IMG/VR virus record: IMGVR_UViG_3300028675_000001
Location: 1-39,522 of that record
Source of the DNA: a virus
Direction: 5' to 3' (one strand)
DNA length: 39,522 bases
Shown here: positions 23,241 through 31,738 of the stretch, one piece after another
Numbering within the stretch: position 1 is the first letter of the stretch
Layout: each line of letters starts with the position of its first letter
Translations under genes and position numbers: made by a program
The notes under the pieces: model-generated
Told to the model about the DNA's origin: nothing
Databases searched by the model: none
What the model saw: only the letters and a program-made list of their open reading frames with translations

Positions 23241-23510
23241 ATGAATGAATATTGGAAGCAATTTGGATGGCATTGGGTTATAATAATTTTTGGTTTGATA
23301 TTTTTTATTTCAGGAGTTATTGGTTTATTTTATGAGCCTTTTCAGTTTGTGTTTAAGAAGGTTTTTCTTTTGTCTTTGTGGTATGTATTTGCTTATTTGA
23401 CTAGGCTATTAAGAATAGGACATATAGATTGGGAGAGCGATGAGTGGGCTAAGAGGATATATTATATCGCTATTTTGCTGGGTAGTTCTATTGTGGTCTC
23501 AAGCGGGTAA
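23241..23510 (+). CDS. Holin candidate (three hydrophobic segments)
   Basis: 89 aa with segments WVIIIFGLIFFISGVIGLF, VFLLSLWYVFAYL and IYYIAILLGSSIVVS. It lies directly upstream of the muralytic gene. A GGGAGGTG SD lies upstream. Confidence 0.5.
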   Translation: MNEYWKQFGWHWVIIIFGLIFFISGVIGLFYEPFQFVFKKVFLLSLWYVFAYLTRLLRIGHIDWESDEWAKRIYYIAILLGSSIVVSSG

Positions 23511-24063
23511 AGCTTCTGAATGTGGGAGTTTATTACCAAAGGTAAGGCAAGCCTCTGAATTTGTGTTAGGGTTGGATTATCCTTATTGGTATAATATGGG
23601 GCAGATTGAGGCGGAGACTAATTGTTTATGGAAGACTTCTTTAGATGGTGTAGGTTCAGTGGGTTATGCTCAGTTGACAGAGAAGTTTTTACCTTTTTTG
23701 AATGAGAAGTTTCCAAATTGGAAGGTTAAGGGGCATATAGATCATTTTATGGCTCAAGCATATTTGATTAAGCAGTTGTTAGGTCAAGTAAGTTGTAAGA
23801 AGCTTTGGTGTGTGTATCAATGTTATAATCGGTCGTGCTGGAAGGTGAACAGGGAAGCGGTAAAAGTTGATTGTGTGTGGGAGAAAGCATTTGAGTTATG
23901 TAATGAGAAGTTTGCGGAGAATATTTGTGTTTGGAAGCGGGAAGGTGGATGTTTGCAGTGGCGAACGAGTTGTGATATAAATTACAATTATGGTTATAAA
24001 GTTTGGAAAAATGGGATAAAATATAGGAATGGAATTTTAGAGAAAACTTATAAATATTGGTAA
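23440..24063 (+). CDS. Endolysin candidate: lytic transglycosylase (SLT-like) with an N-terminal signal or anchor
   Basis: GQIEAET...DGVGSVGYAQLT resembles the SLT catalytic Glu and GLMQ region. The N-terminus is hydrophobic (YIISLFCWVVLLW). The start codon is uncertain because the ORF overlaps the holin by 71 nt. Confidence 0.55.
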   Translation: MSGLRGYIISLFCWVVLLWSQAGKASECGSLLPKVRQASEFVLGLDYPYWYNMGQIEAETNCLWKTSLDGVGSVGYAQLTEKFLPFLNEKFPNWKVKGHIDHFMAQAYLIKQLLGQVSCKKLWCVYQCYNRSCWKVNREAVKVDCVWEKAFELCNEKFAENICVWKREGGCLQWRTSCDINYNYGYKVWKNGIKYRNGILEKTYKYW

Positions 24064-24073
24064 GGGTTAAGAT

Positions 24074-24406
24074 ATGTCTACTCGCAATTGGTATGAAACA
24101 ATGTCTGTATATAGTTATTGGTATGAGGCGATATTAAAGAGTTTTATTACACAACAAATTTTGGAAAATTATGCTTTAACAATAAATGGAACATTAAATT
24201 TTCAACCTAAAAATGATAAAACCAGTCAAGTTATTATTATGAATAATTCTTTAAATCCTATTTATTTAGGCGCTAATTCAAATGTAGATGCTTCAAATGG
24301 GTTTCCTATTTTACCAAATGATGTGATAATTTTTACTTGTTTTTCTAATTTAACTTTTTACTTGTATGGTAATAATCAAGAAATTAGAGTTTTAGAGGCT
24401 TGTTAA
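24074..24406 (+). CDS. Hypothetical virion protein
   Basis: 110-aa ORF packed in the operon. Confidence 0.5.
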   Translation: MSTRNWYETMSVYSYWYEAILKSFITQQILENYALTINGTLNFQPKNDKTSQVIIMNNSLNPIYLGANSNVDASNGFPILPNDVIIFTCFSNLTFYLYGNNQEIRVLEAC

Positions 24407-24621
24407 TGCAGATAATAAGAGGTTATAACCCAATAAGTTATTCCACTTCCCCAACAGCTGTAGCCAGTATTGGAGACAATCCACCTATAAATCCCGTTCA
24501 AGGTCTTTTGTGGGTTGATACATCAGAGGGCAATTTTGTTTTAAAAGTTTATGATGGATCGACATGGCAAATAGTTCAAGCTGATTTATATTGGATAAAA
24601 ATAGATGGTGGGAATTTATAA
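24400..24621 (+). CDS. Small protein carrying the fibre N-terminal module
   Basis: PVQGLLWVDTSEGNFVLKVYDGSTWQ parallels PKIGQLWLDISVNPPVLKVYDGINWQ in 20916..22031. Confidence 0.55.
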   Translation: MLMQIIRGYNPISYSTSPTAVASIGDNPPINPVQGLLWVDTSEGNFVLKVYDGSTWQIVQADLYWIKIDGGNL

Positions 24622-24635
24622 AGGAGGTGTAAACG

Positions 24636-25673
24636 ATGCCAATTAAAATTCAAATAAGAAGAGGGACAGCACCAATAGGAACCCAACTTGATATTGGAGA
24701 ATTTGGTTTCAAGACCGATACTGGTAAACTTGCTATTGGGACGGGAGTAGGCAGTCCTGCTATAAAAATTATAACTCAGAAATATTTCAGCTCTAACAAT
24801 TCTATTCTTATAGCAAATACAGCTGAAACCCCTGTTGCCTTGTCGTTAGGCACAAATACTATTGTAGGTAGATTGTCAGACAATATTACAGCATTAACGG
24901 GATCAGATGTATGGTCAATAATAAATGGACAAAACTCTGTTGATATTAATGTTAACAATAAGAGAATTATCAATCTTGCAACTCCTGTTAATTCGACTGA
25001 TGCGGTAAATAAGGCTTATGTAGATACTCTTGTTGCAAGGGGGTTGACTTATCATGAAGCTGTTTTGGATAAAGATTTAACTGCTCCCCCCAGTAATCCA
25101 AATGTGGGAGACAGATACTGGATTGCACCAGGAGCTACAGGAGCTTGGGCTGGACATGATTATCAGATTGCAACTTGGAATGGTAGTTCTTGGGACTTTG
25201 AAGCTGTGACTGATGGCGACTGTGCTTTTGTAACTGATGAAAATATTTTCTATTATTATGATGCAGGCGCTACTGGTGATAAGAGAAAGCAGTTATCAAC
25301 TGCTATGGGACCACATGCTTCTGCTCACTATGCTAATGGGACAGATCCTATTGATGTTATGTATTTAGCTGATAGTAATAATAACTTGTTAACTCATGCA
25401 TTTACTGCAAAGGGGCAAATTTTAGTTGGAACTGGAAATGGGACTTATACAGCGTTGCCTGTTGGTAGTGATGGTCAAGTATTAGTAGCGGATAGCACGC
25501 AAGCAAGTGGTGTAAAATGGGCAACTATTAGTAGTGGTGGTGGGTCTTCTACTTTTATTGATCTGACAGACACGCCGAGTTCGTATACAGGTTATGCTGG
25601 ATATTTAGTCGCTGTTAAATCTACCGCTGATGGGCTTGAGTTTATTAATGTTATAGATGGAGGAACGCTATAA
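24636..25673 (+). CDS. Tail fibre / receptor-binding protein
   Basis: The N-terminus IQIRRGT...LDIGEFGFKTDTGKLAIG is like the Mtd/fibre N-terminal module. It also has INLATPVNSTDAVNKAYVD, a GDRYWIA..ATGAWAGHDYQIATWNGSSWDF (DUF2793-like) motif, and GQVLVADSTQASGVKWA. An AGGAGG SD lies upstream. Confidence 0.7.
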   Translation: MPIKIQIRRGTAPIGTQLDIGEFGFKTDTGKLAIGTGVGSPAIKIITQKYFSSNNSILIANTAETPVALSLGTNTIVGRLSDNITALTGSDVWSIINGQNSVDINVNNKRIINLATPVNSTDAVNKAYVDTLVARGLTYHEAVLDKDLTAPPSNPNVGDRYWIAPGATGAWAGHDYQIATWNGSSWDFEAVTDGDCAFVTDENIFYYYDAGATGDKRKQLSTAMGPHASAHYANGTDPIDVMYLADSNNNLLTHAFTAKGQILVGTGNGTYTALPVGSDGQVLVADSTQASGVKWATISSGGGSSTFIDLTDTPSSYTGYAGYLVAVKSTADGLEFINVIDGGTL

Positions 25674-25951
25674 TGGATGAGCCAATTTTATCTGTAGATG
25701 ATTTAATTTTTAAGATAGGAACATTAGTTGTTGAAAAGATGGAGCTTGAGAAGAAGCTTGCGAATATTACAAGGATTGAGGAAGAGTATAAAGGGGCGAT
25801 AGTGAGGGAGCAGGATTTGAGGAGGCAGTTAGAGGAATTAAGTAAAAAATACAATGAAGTAGTTGAACAATTAAATCAAGAAAAATTGAAAGTAAAACAA
25901 TTAGAGGAGAAGTTAAATGCCTATAGTGATAAGAGTAAAAAGAGGAACTGA
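25673..25951 (+). CDS. Coiled-coil protein
   Basis: 92 aa, heptad-rich and Glu/Lys-rich, with a TAATG overlap. Confidence 0.5.
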   Translation: MDEPILSVDDLIFKIGTLVVEKMELEKKLANITRIEEEYKGAIVREQDLRRQLEELSKKYNEVVEQLNQEKLKVKQLEEKLNAYSDKSKKRN

Positions 25952-26603
25952 AAGTCAAGTCAAAAATACGACACTTCAAACTGGTGAATTAGCCTTAGCA
26001 ACTGATACAAATAAGCTTTTTATTCAGGGGTCATCAGATTTAATTTGGGTTAATCTTACTTTTTATAATTTTCATTCATTTACGCCGAGACCTCCAGGGA
26101 TTACTGAATATCAAGTCCCTTATGCGGTAAATGCAACAGCAGGAACTACTTTAGCTTTAACTTCAGGTAGAATATATTGGATACCTTTTATAGTGCCTCG
26201 GAAGTTAAATATAACCCAGCTTGCGATTAATGTGACTACAGCCTCTGCAGGAACTCATTATGTTGGAATATACGCATCGGACTATTATTGGCAACCAACT
26301 GGTTCTCCGCTTGTTAGTGCAAGTTTTGACGCAAGTTCTACTGGCGTTAAGACTGCAAATGTAAGTTTAACTTTACAACCTGATGTGTATTGGTTTGCAT
26401 GGGCGGCAGGGTCGGCGGCTACAGTTCAAGCGATTGCTTTGGGAGCGTGTCCTTCTTTGGGTCTAGGAAATTTGGGAACTGCGCATACAACCTATTACTA
26501 TACCAGTGGATCTACTCTACCTAATCCAGCGCCAAGTTCTGGTTATACAGTTGCTACAGGTTCAGCATTACCTGCAATAGGAGTGCAATTTAGCTATGCT
26601 TAA
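25917..26603 (+). CDS. Second fibre-like protein sharing the RGT...GEL...TDT N-terminal module
   Basis: The N-terminus is MPIVIRVKRGTESQVKNTTLQTGELALATDTNKLFIQG. Confidence 0.6.
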   Translation: MPIVIRVKRGTESQVKNTTLQTGELALATDTNKLFIQGSSDLIWVNLTFYNFHSFTPRPPGITEYQVPYAVNATAGTTLALTSGRIYWIPFIVPRKLNITQLAINVTTASAGTHYVGIYASDYYWQPTGSPLVSASFDASSTGVKTANVSLTLQPDVYWFAWAAGSAATVQAIALGACPSLGLGNLGTAHTTYYYTSGSTLPNPAPSSGYTVATGSALPAIGVQFSYA

Positions 26604-26916
26604 GTATAGACAAATAATTTTTATTTTACTCGGGTTAATTTTAATATTTGGTTTAATTTTTTTCATTTGGAATAAGCATAAAGAGAATACAATTTTGAAA
26701 CAAGCTTTACAACAGCAAGAGCAGATGATTAAGCAAAAGGAAGAACAGATACAGCAATTACAAGATAAATTAGAGAGTTTACAGAAAGAGCAAACTTTAA
26801 GGGAAAAAAGGATTGTAATTTTGAAACAAAAACGGGGGCAAATACAGAAGCCTAAGTCAACTGAAGAAGTAATAAGAGTTTTTAAGGAGCTGGGTTATGA
26901 TGCGGTTATTAAGTAG
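26596..26916 (+). CDS. N-terminal TM plus coiled-coil protein (i-spanin-like topology)
   Basis: Has the IIFILLGLILIFGLIFFIW segment followed by Gln/Glu/Lys heptads. Confidence 0.35.
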   Translation: MLKYRQIIFILLGLILIFGLIFFIWNKHKENTILKQALQQQEQMIKQKEEQIQQLQDKLESLQKEQTLREKRIVILKQKRGQIQKPKSTEEVIRVFKELGYDAVIK

Positions 26917-27262
26917 TTTATTGATTTGTTTATTTTTAGTAAGTCAAGTATATGCAGTAGATATCTGTATACCTGAAGAGCAAGCAAAGCAGATGGTTAT
27001 TGAATTGAAACAGAAGCAGGTATTAGAGCAAGAGGTTCAAGAATATGAAGCTTTGGTTGAGAATTTGAAGAAGCAAAATGAAATCTTGAGGGAGCAAAAT
27101 CAGTTATTAAAAGAGCAGATAGAACTTTATAAAAATCAGAGGCAATTGTATGATACAGCATTAAAAGAGTGCGAGAAGAAACAGAAGGTTAGTTGGATTG
27201 AAAAAGGTAAGTATTTAGGGATTGGTATATTGTTGGGGATATTGATTGGAGTATTTAAATAA
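26897..27262 (+). CDS. Signal peptide plus coiled coil plus C-terminal TM protein (spanin-like topology)
   Basis: The N-terminus is MMRLLSSLLICLFLVSQVYA. The C-terminus is YLGIGILLGILIGVF. No clean lipobox is present. Confidence 0.3.
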   Translation: MMRLLSSLLICLFLVSQVYAVDICIPEEQAKQMVIELKQKQVLEQEVQEYEALVENLKKQNEILREQNQLLKEQIELYKNQRQLYDTALKECEKKQKVSWIEKGKYLGIGILLGILIGVFK

Positions 27263-27571
27263 ATGGAAATAATAGCACCGTTAAAAGAAGCAACTATTTT
27301 AGTTAAAGGTTCGTTTGATGGTTTAGTAAATAAAGTTTTTTCTACACAAGTTTATAAATATGGGTATTTGCTTTATAAAATAAATGGAACAGTTTCGATA
27401 ACAGTTTATATATCAGTAGATCAGTCAAATTGGGTTCAAGTTTATTCTCAAACGATTACTGATGCATTTGGTTGGCAAGTAATTGATTTAGTTGGTTTAT
27501 TTGTCAAAATAGAAATTGATGCTTCAATGAATAATGATAGTTTTATAGCATTTATTAGGTCATCAATCTAA
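27263..27571 (+). CDS. Hypothetical protein
   Basis: 102-aa ORF, last in the rightward block. Its 3' end overlaps the convergent gene. Confidence 0.5.
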   Translation: MEIIAPLKEATILVKGSFDGLVNKVFSTQVYKYGYLLYKINGTVSITVYISVDQSNWVQVYSQTITDAFGWQVIDLVGLFVKIEIDASMNNDSFIAFIRSSI

Positions 27572-28786
27572 TTCAAGGATTTCAAGCATTTTTTGGAAGT
27601 TCTCATAGTTTTCTTTTAAAGTATCGTATCCAATTTTTAGGTCTGGTGCTATAATTGTTGTTTCAATTTGTTTGATTTGTTTTTCAAGTTCTTCGTAATT
27701 TACCAGATAATTTGAATATAACACGATGCATCCAATAGTTGTATAACCTTTGATGGCGTAAAATGTTAAATCTTTTTGCACTTTGGGTTTGTAATAAGTT
27801 TGTAGAGCAATGAATTGTTCAAAAATGTATTTATCTTTAAAAGTAATTGGCACGAAGGTTTGTTCGGCTAATGGTAAGGATATTGGTATAACATAAATGT
27901 ATTCAGCTTTTGGAATAAGTGGGATATTATTTCTGATAGCTTGGTAAATATTAGAATAAAATTTTAAATAAGCGGTTCCAAGAGGGAGAGCAAGACGCAT
28001 ACAAATATCAATTAAATAAGGTTCAGTTTCTCCTTTAACTTTAATTTCTTCGGTTGAGAAGAAGCCTATATATTTCATTTGTTGCAAGATCATATCACAC
28101 ATTCTAAGATTTATTGCCCATGGTTTCATTAAGATGTCTTCTTTTCTTTTAATAACCTTAGCAATATAAGATGATTTACTTTGTTCAATTCCTATAGTGA
28201 AAGGTGTTTCAATTCCATTCCCAAGGCACAAGCAATCAAGTCCAAATTCAATTTCAATATCAGTTAAAATTTCTTCTTGATAGTAATCAATATCTTTAGC
28301 GAATTGTCCAGCTGTTTGAATGAGTTTCTGTTTATAGAATTCAAGCTCATATTGATTCCGAATGATTGCACTTTCAAATGAATTTCTATATATTGGATCG
28401 ACCTTAGTAATTGCGGGAAAATTTAAATGGTCAAAACTTACTACACGATAGCGGGGAATTTTCGGCATAATTTGTTTTTGAAATAAACGATTATTTTCTA
28501 ATCTTGCTTCAACACCAGCCCCAAATACATCAATTTTTAATTGCTTGAATAGTTCAATAAGGAAACCAAAGTAGCAATCAAGTGTTATAACTTTATCTAT
28601 ACGACTAAGAACTTCTTGGGGTAAATCAGTAAGCACATGAACATTTTGGATATTTCTACCAAAGGCAAGGTCTTCCATATCGGGGAATGCACTAATAAAG
28701 TCAGCAAATAGATAAACTTCTTCATGCTTGGCGAATTCTTCAATGTATCCACAATCCATTCCTGTTGTTAACCATAATACAGCCAT
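27563..28786 (-). CDS. ATP-grasp-like ligase (tentative)
   Basis: The layout resembles the ATP-grasp fold: FPAITKVDPIYRNSFESAIIRNQYELEFY (ATP-binding strand region), YYQEEILTDIEIEFGLDCL, and GFFSTEEIKVKGETEPYLIDICMRLALP (compare the ExN-R region). Confidence 0.45.
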   Translation of the reverse strand: MAVLWLTTGMDCGYIEEFAKHEEVYLFADFISAFPDMEDLAFGRNIQNVHVLTDLPQEVLSRIDKVITLDCYFGFLIELFKQLKIDVFGAGVEARLENNRLFQKQIMPKIPRYRVVSFDHLNFPAITKVDPIYRNSFESAIIRNQYELEFYKQKLIQTAGQFAKDIDYYQEEILTDIEIEFGLDCLCLGNGIETPFTIGIEQSKSSYIAKVIKRKEDILMKPWAINLRMCDMILQQMKYIGFFSTEEIKVKGETEPYLIDICMRLALPLGTAYLKFYSNIYQAIRNNIPLIPKAEYIYVIPISLPLAEQTFVPITFKDKYIFEQFIALQTYYKPKVQKDLTFYAIKGYTTIGCIVLYSNYLVNYEELEKQIKQIETTIIAPDLKIGYDTLKENYENFQKMLEILELD

Positions 28787-29220
28787 TATACCACTCCTTC
28801 ATAAAAGAATTTAATTCCTTGCTTATAATCTTCAATTAACAAATCTGCATAAGGAGTAAGCTCATCTTGGATGATCCCAAATTTTCGTAAAAGATTGATA
28901 ATATAATTATACTCAAAATAACTCAAACGCCCAAAGCCAAGGTAATATGTTTTATTATTATCCCTCAATTTAAATGAAAGGCAGAAAGGTTTATGTGGGT
29001 CTTGTAATATTTCTAACCGATCTTTATTATCTCGGATGAATTCGGCAATTGCAACTAAGTAATCTTCATTATCAGACCGTAGAACTATTACATCGCCTTC
29101 TTTTATACCAATGATCATGTTTTTATATTTAAGGATAGCCCGTTTTTGATTGATATTATGAAAATCTGATGTTTCTATTACTTCAGGTATTGATGTGGCA
29201 GGAATAATTTTTTTATCCAT
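28786..29220 (-). CDS. Hypothetical protein, upstream partner of the ATP-grasp-like gene
   Basis: 144-aa ORF. Its stop overlaps the ATP-grasp start (ATGA-type). Confidence 0.55.
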   Translation of the reverse strand: MDKKIIPATSIPEVIETSDFHNINQKRAILKYKNMIIGIKEGDVIVLRSDNEDYLVAIAEFIRDNKDRLEILQDPHKPFCLSFKLRDNNKTYYLGFGRLSYFEYNYIINLLRKFGIIQDELTPYADLLIEDYKQGIKFFYEGVV

Positions 29221-29229
29221 TCATTTAAT

Positions 29230-29256
29230 AATATACTTGTTTTTAGGAGAAGTCAA
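29230..29256 (-). promoter_or_regulatory. Leftward promoter for the ATP-grasp cassette (TTGACT, 15-nt spacer, TATATT)
   Basis: The minus strand reads acTTGACTtctcctaaaaacaagTATATTattaaatgaATG. The -10 box ends only about 9 nt before the ATG, so the leader is very short. Confidence 0.4.
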
Positions 29257-29264
29257 GTTATAAT
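29237..29264 (+). promoter_or_regulatory. Rightward promoter for the terminase block (TTGTTT, 16-nt spacer, TATAAT)
   Basis: The sequence reads acTTGTTTttaggagaagtcaagtTATAATttaaagggaaaATG. Confidence 0.4.
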
Positions 29265-29275
29265 TTAAAGGGAAA

Positions 29276-30733
29276 ATGCTTCAATTAATACTTTCACCAA
29301 TCCAAGAGAAGATTTGGGATTTATTCTTTAATTCGGATTATCGTTGGCTTGTATCTGTAGGTGGTAAGGGTTCTGGTAAGACACAGCTTGCTATTTTTAT
29401 TTTGTATGAATTATTAACGAATGAAAAATATCGTGGATCTCGAATTCTTATTGCTCGTGAAAGTTTAAGAGACCTTCGGAATACATTGGTTGCTGGTCTT
29501 GAGCGTTTATTAGCAGAAAATCCATATCTTAAATCAATGATTACAACAAATTTAAATTTGCAAGTAATTAGAAATGAAGCAACAGATGTAGAAATTTACT
29601 ATTTATCTCTCAATGAAAAGAATGCTCAATATAAGTCTGTATTATCTTATGAATTCAATGTGATAATTATTGATGAAGTTGATAGAATAAGTAGGGAAGC
29701 ATTTATTGAAGTAAGTGAGCGTTATAGGTTAGTTCATGAATTTTCTAAAGGTATGTTGATACTTAATCCATGTTCACAGGAACATTGGTTATATAAAGAA
29801 TTTGTTGAGAAAAATCGTGAAGATACTTATATTATTCGGTCATCTACTTATGATAATTATTTGATAACTCGGATTAGCAAAAAAGAATGGGAGATGATGG
29901 CGCCATATAGTTATGGTGGGAAAGAATATTTTGTAAGCAATAACATTAGATATGAAAAGCTTTATGAGGTAGGAGATATAGTAATTGCCAAGCGATTTAA
30001 TGTGTCTCATTCTTTTATAACTGAGATGGAAATGAAGCCATTAGGTTATAGGAAGATTATGCTTGAAGGGGATTGGGGAGCTTTTGATTATGGTGGTGGT
30101 TTATTTGATGATGTATTTGATGAGCAAAATATTATTACTATTGACAACAGATTAATTGACATAACATTTGATTATACACTTTACTGTGGAATTGATTTTG
30201 GAATAAGGCATTCGGCATATGTATTAGTTGGAGTTGATTATCTTGGTAGGATTGTGATTTTAGACGATTATATTTCTGACAATCAACCTCTTAAAGTTTT
30301 TATTGAATACATGCTTGAACGGTTTAAAAAGAAGTTTAATATAAAAAGACCGCAAATGATAACTTATGTAGGGGATATTGCTGGGAAGAATAGAGAAATA
30401 TATGATGGATATGATTTATTTACTAAGTTACGAAAAGATTATGGTCTTGTTTTTCGTGGAAATCGTGTAAAAATAGTTGAGAGCATAGCAATGATAAAAG
30501 ATTTATTAGAAAAAAAGAAGTTATTAGTTAGTGACCAAGCCCACAGATCATTGGAAGGATTTTTAGGGAAGTTTCAGTCTGATAATTATGGTAATTATAA
30601 GAAAGATGGATTTTATGAACATTTACTTGATGCGATACGATATGTTGTAGTAGAGATATATAAACAAAGCAAACCACAGAAGAGTAAATATTTAAAAATA
30701 CCGACATATGCATTCCCTACCAGTTATTTTTAA
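29276..30733 (+). CDS. terL: Terminase large subunit
   Basis: Walker A is VGGKGSGKTQ and Walker B is NVIIIDEVD. Nuclease-domain motifs are CGIDFGIRHSAYV and HLLDAIRYVV. Confidence 0.85.
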   Translation: MLQLILSPIQEKIWDLFFNSDYRWLVSVGGKGSGKTQLAIFILYELLTNEKYRGSRILIARESLRDLRNTLVAGLERLLAENPYLKSMITTNLNLQVIRNEATDVEIYYLSLNEKNAQYKSVLSYEFNVIIIDEVDRISREAFIEVSERYRLVHEFSKGMLILNPCSQEHWLYKEFVEKNREDTYIIRSSTYDNYLITRISKKEWEMMAPYSYGGKEYFVSNNIRYEKLYEVGDIVIAKRFNVSHSFITEMEMKPLGYRKIMLEGDWGAFDYGGGLFDDVFDEQNIITIDNRLIDITFDYTLYCGIDFGIRHSAYVLVGVDYLGRIVILDDYISDNQPLKVFIEYMLERFKKKFNIKRPQMITYVGDIAGKNREIYDGYDLFTKLRKDYGLVFRGNRVKIVESIAMIKDLLEKKKLLVSDQAHRSLEGFLGKFQSDNYGNYKKDGFYEHLLDAIRYVVVEIYKQSKPQKSKYLKIPTYAFPTSYF

Positions 30734-31073
30734 ATTGAGCTTACCGAGGAATAAAATATTTCATATTGAGAAAGATATAAATAATTTTTTGAAGAAATTT
30801 GTTTTTATCAAAGCATTTAAATTATATTGTCCTGTAATAAGGGGATTGCCTGATTTTTTAGTTATTAAAGCAAAATATGATTTACCGAGTGGATTTTATG
30901 AAGTAAAAAATTGGAATAATCATTTAAGTGAGCATCAAATTAATATGTTAAATGTATTGAGCTTATCGTTTAATTGTGTGGTGGTTCAATATAATAAGAA
31001 GGAACACTGTTTATATTTTTATGAGTGGACACCTCTTGACAAAGAAAATGAATTGATGTATAATATGACATAA
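30708..31073 (+). CDS. VRR-NUC / PD-(D/E)XK nuclease
   Basis: Contains HIEKD, GLPDFLVI, FYEVK and LSEHQINML in the VRR-NUC order (E, D, ExK, Q). An alternative TTG start exists at 30735. Confidence 0.6.
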   Translation: MHSLPVIFKLSLPRNKIFHIEKDINNFLKKFVFIKAFKLYCPVIRGLPDFLVIKAKYDLPSGFYEVKNWNNHLSEHQINMLNVLSLSFNCVVVQYNKKEHCLYFYEWTPLDKENELMYNMT

Positions 31074-31083
31074 GGAGGGAGAG

Positions 31084-31725
31084 ATGGATTTGAGCAAACT
31101 TTTTGAATGGTTAAAAGAACCTGTTAAACTTGATAATCAAGAAGTAGAAAACTCGCAGGAACAAATAGAACAATCTATACAAACTCAACCACAAGAAGAA
31201 AGTAAACAACAGCCACAGCAATCAATACAAAATCAACCAGAACAAAAACAAACAATTCAAGAACCATTCCCAGGGGCAGAATATTTAACTAATGCAGATT
31301 TACATGATATAGCGGTTGGTAGGCAAAGATTTGTAGCTAAGTATGCTAATTTTGAAAATTTAAATAATTTATTGCAGACAATTGAACCTATAGCTTATCG
31401 GCAGTATATCTTAGATATTCAAATGGGGAAAAAACAAGGAGATTATTATACATATCTTGAAAAAGCAAAAGATTTAACACTTGAAGCAACGAAGACATTA
31501 GCAGACCAATTAAGAAGGCTACAACAGTATAATCCGTATTACATACCAAACAAACAGCAGAGCAAAAGACCTTATACAGTAAGAGATTTAATGAGAGATT
31601 ATAAGAAAGCATTACCTTATATAACGACAAAATATCACATGATTTATCATATGGATGACCAGACCGTTGATCGGGGTAGATTAGATTTATCTACTCCAAG
31701 CGGTCTACCAATAGAAAAACAATAA
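31084..31725 (+). CDS. Possible scaffolding protein (Gln/Glu-rich N-terminus)
   Basis: It lies immediately upstream of the capsid gene. A GGAGGG SD lies upstream. Confidence 0.35.
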   Translation: MDLSKLFEWLKEPVKLDNQEVENSQEQIEQSIQTQPQEESKQQPQQSIQNQPEQKQTIQEPFPGAEYLTNADLHDIAVGRQRFVAKYANFENLNNLLQTIEPIAYRQYILDIQMGKKQGDYYTYLEKAKDLTLEATKTLADQLRRLQQYNPYYIPNKQQSKRPYTVRDLMRDYKKALPYITTKYHMIYHMDDQTVDRGRLDLSTPSGLPIEKQ

Positions 31726-31738
31726 GGAGGGATGAACC

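Noticed and set aside
24636-26603. A diversity-generating retroelement targeting the Mtd-like fibre genes.
   Set aside because: There is no reverse transcriptase ORF anywhere in the genome. I saw no template/variable repeat pair near the fibre 3' ends.
28745-28753. A DnaA-box-like GTATCCACA (8/9 match to TTATCCACA).
   Set aside because: It is a single copy inside a coding region, far from any AT-rich unwinding element, and is expected by chance.
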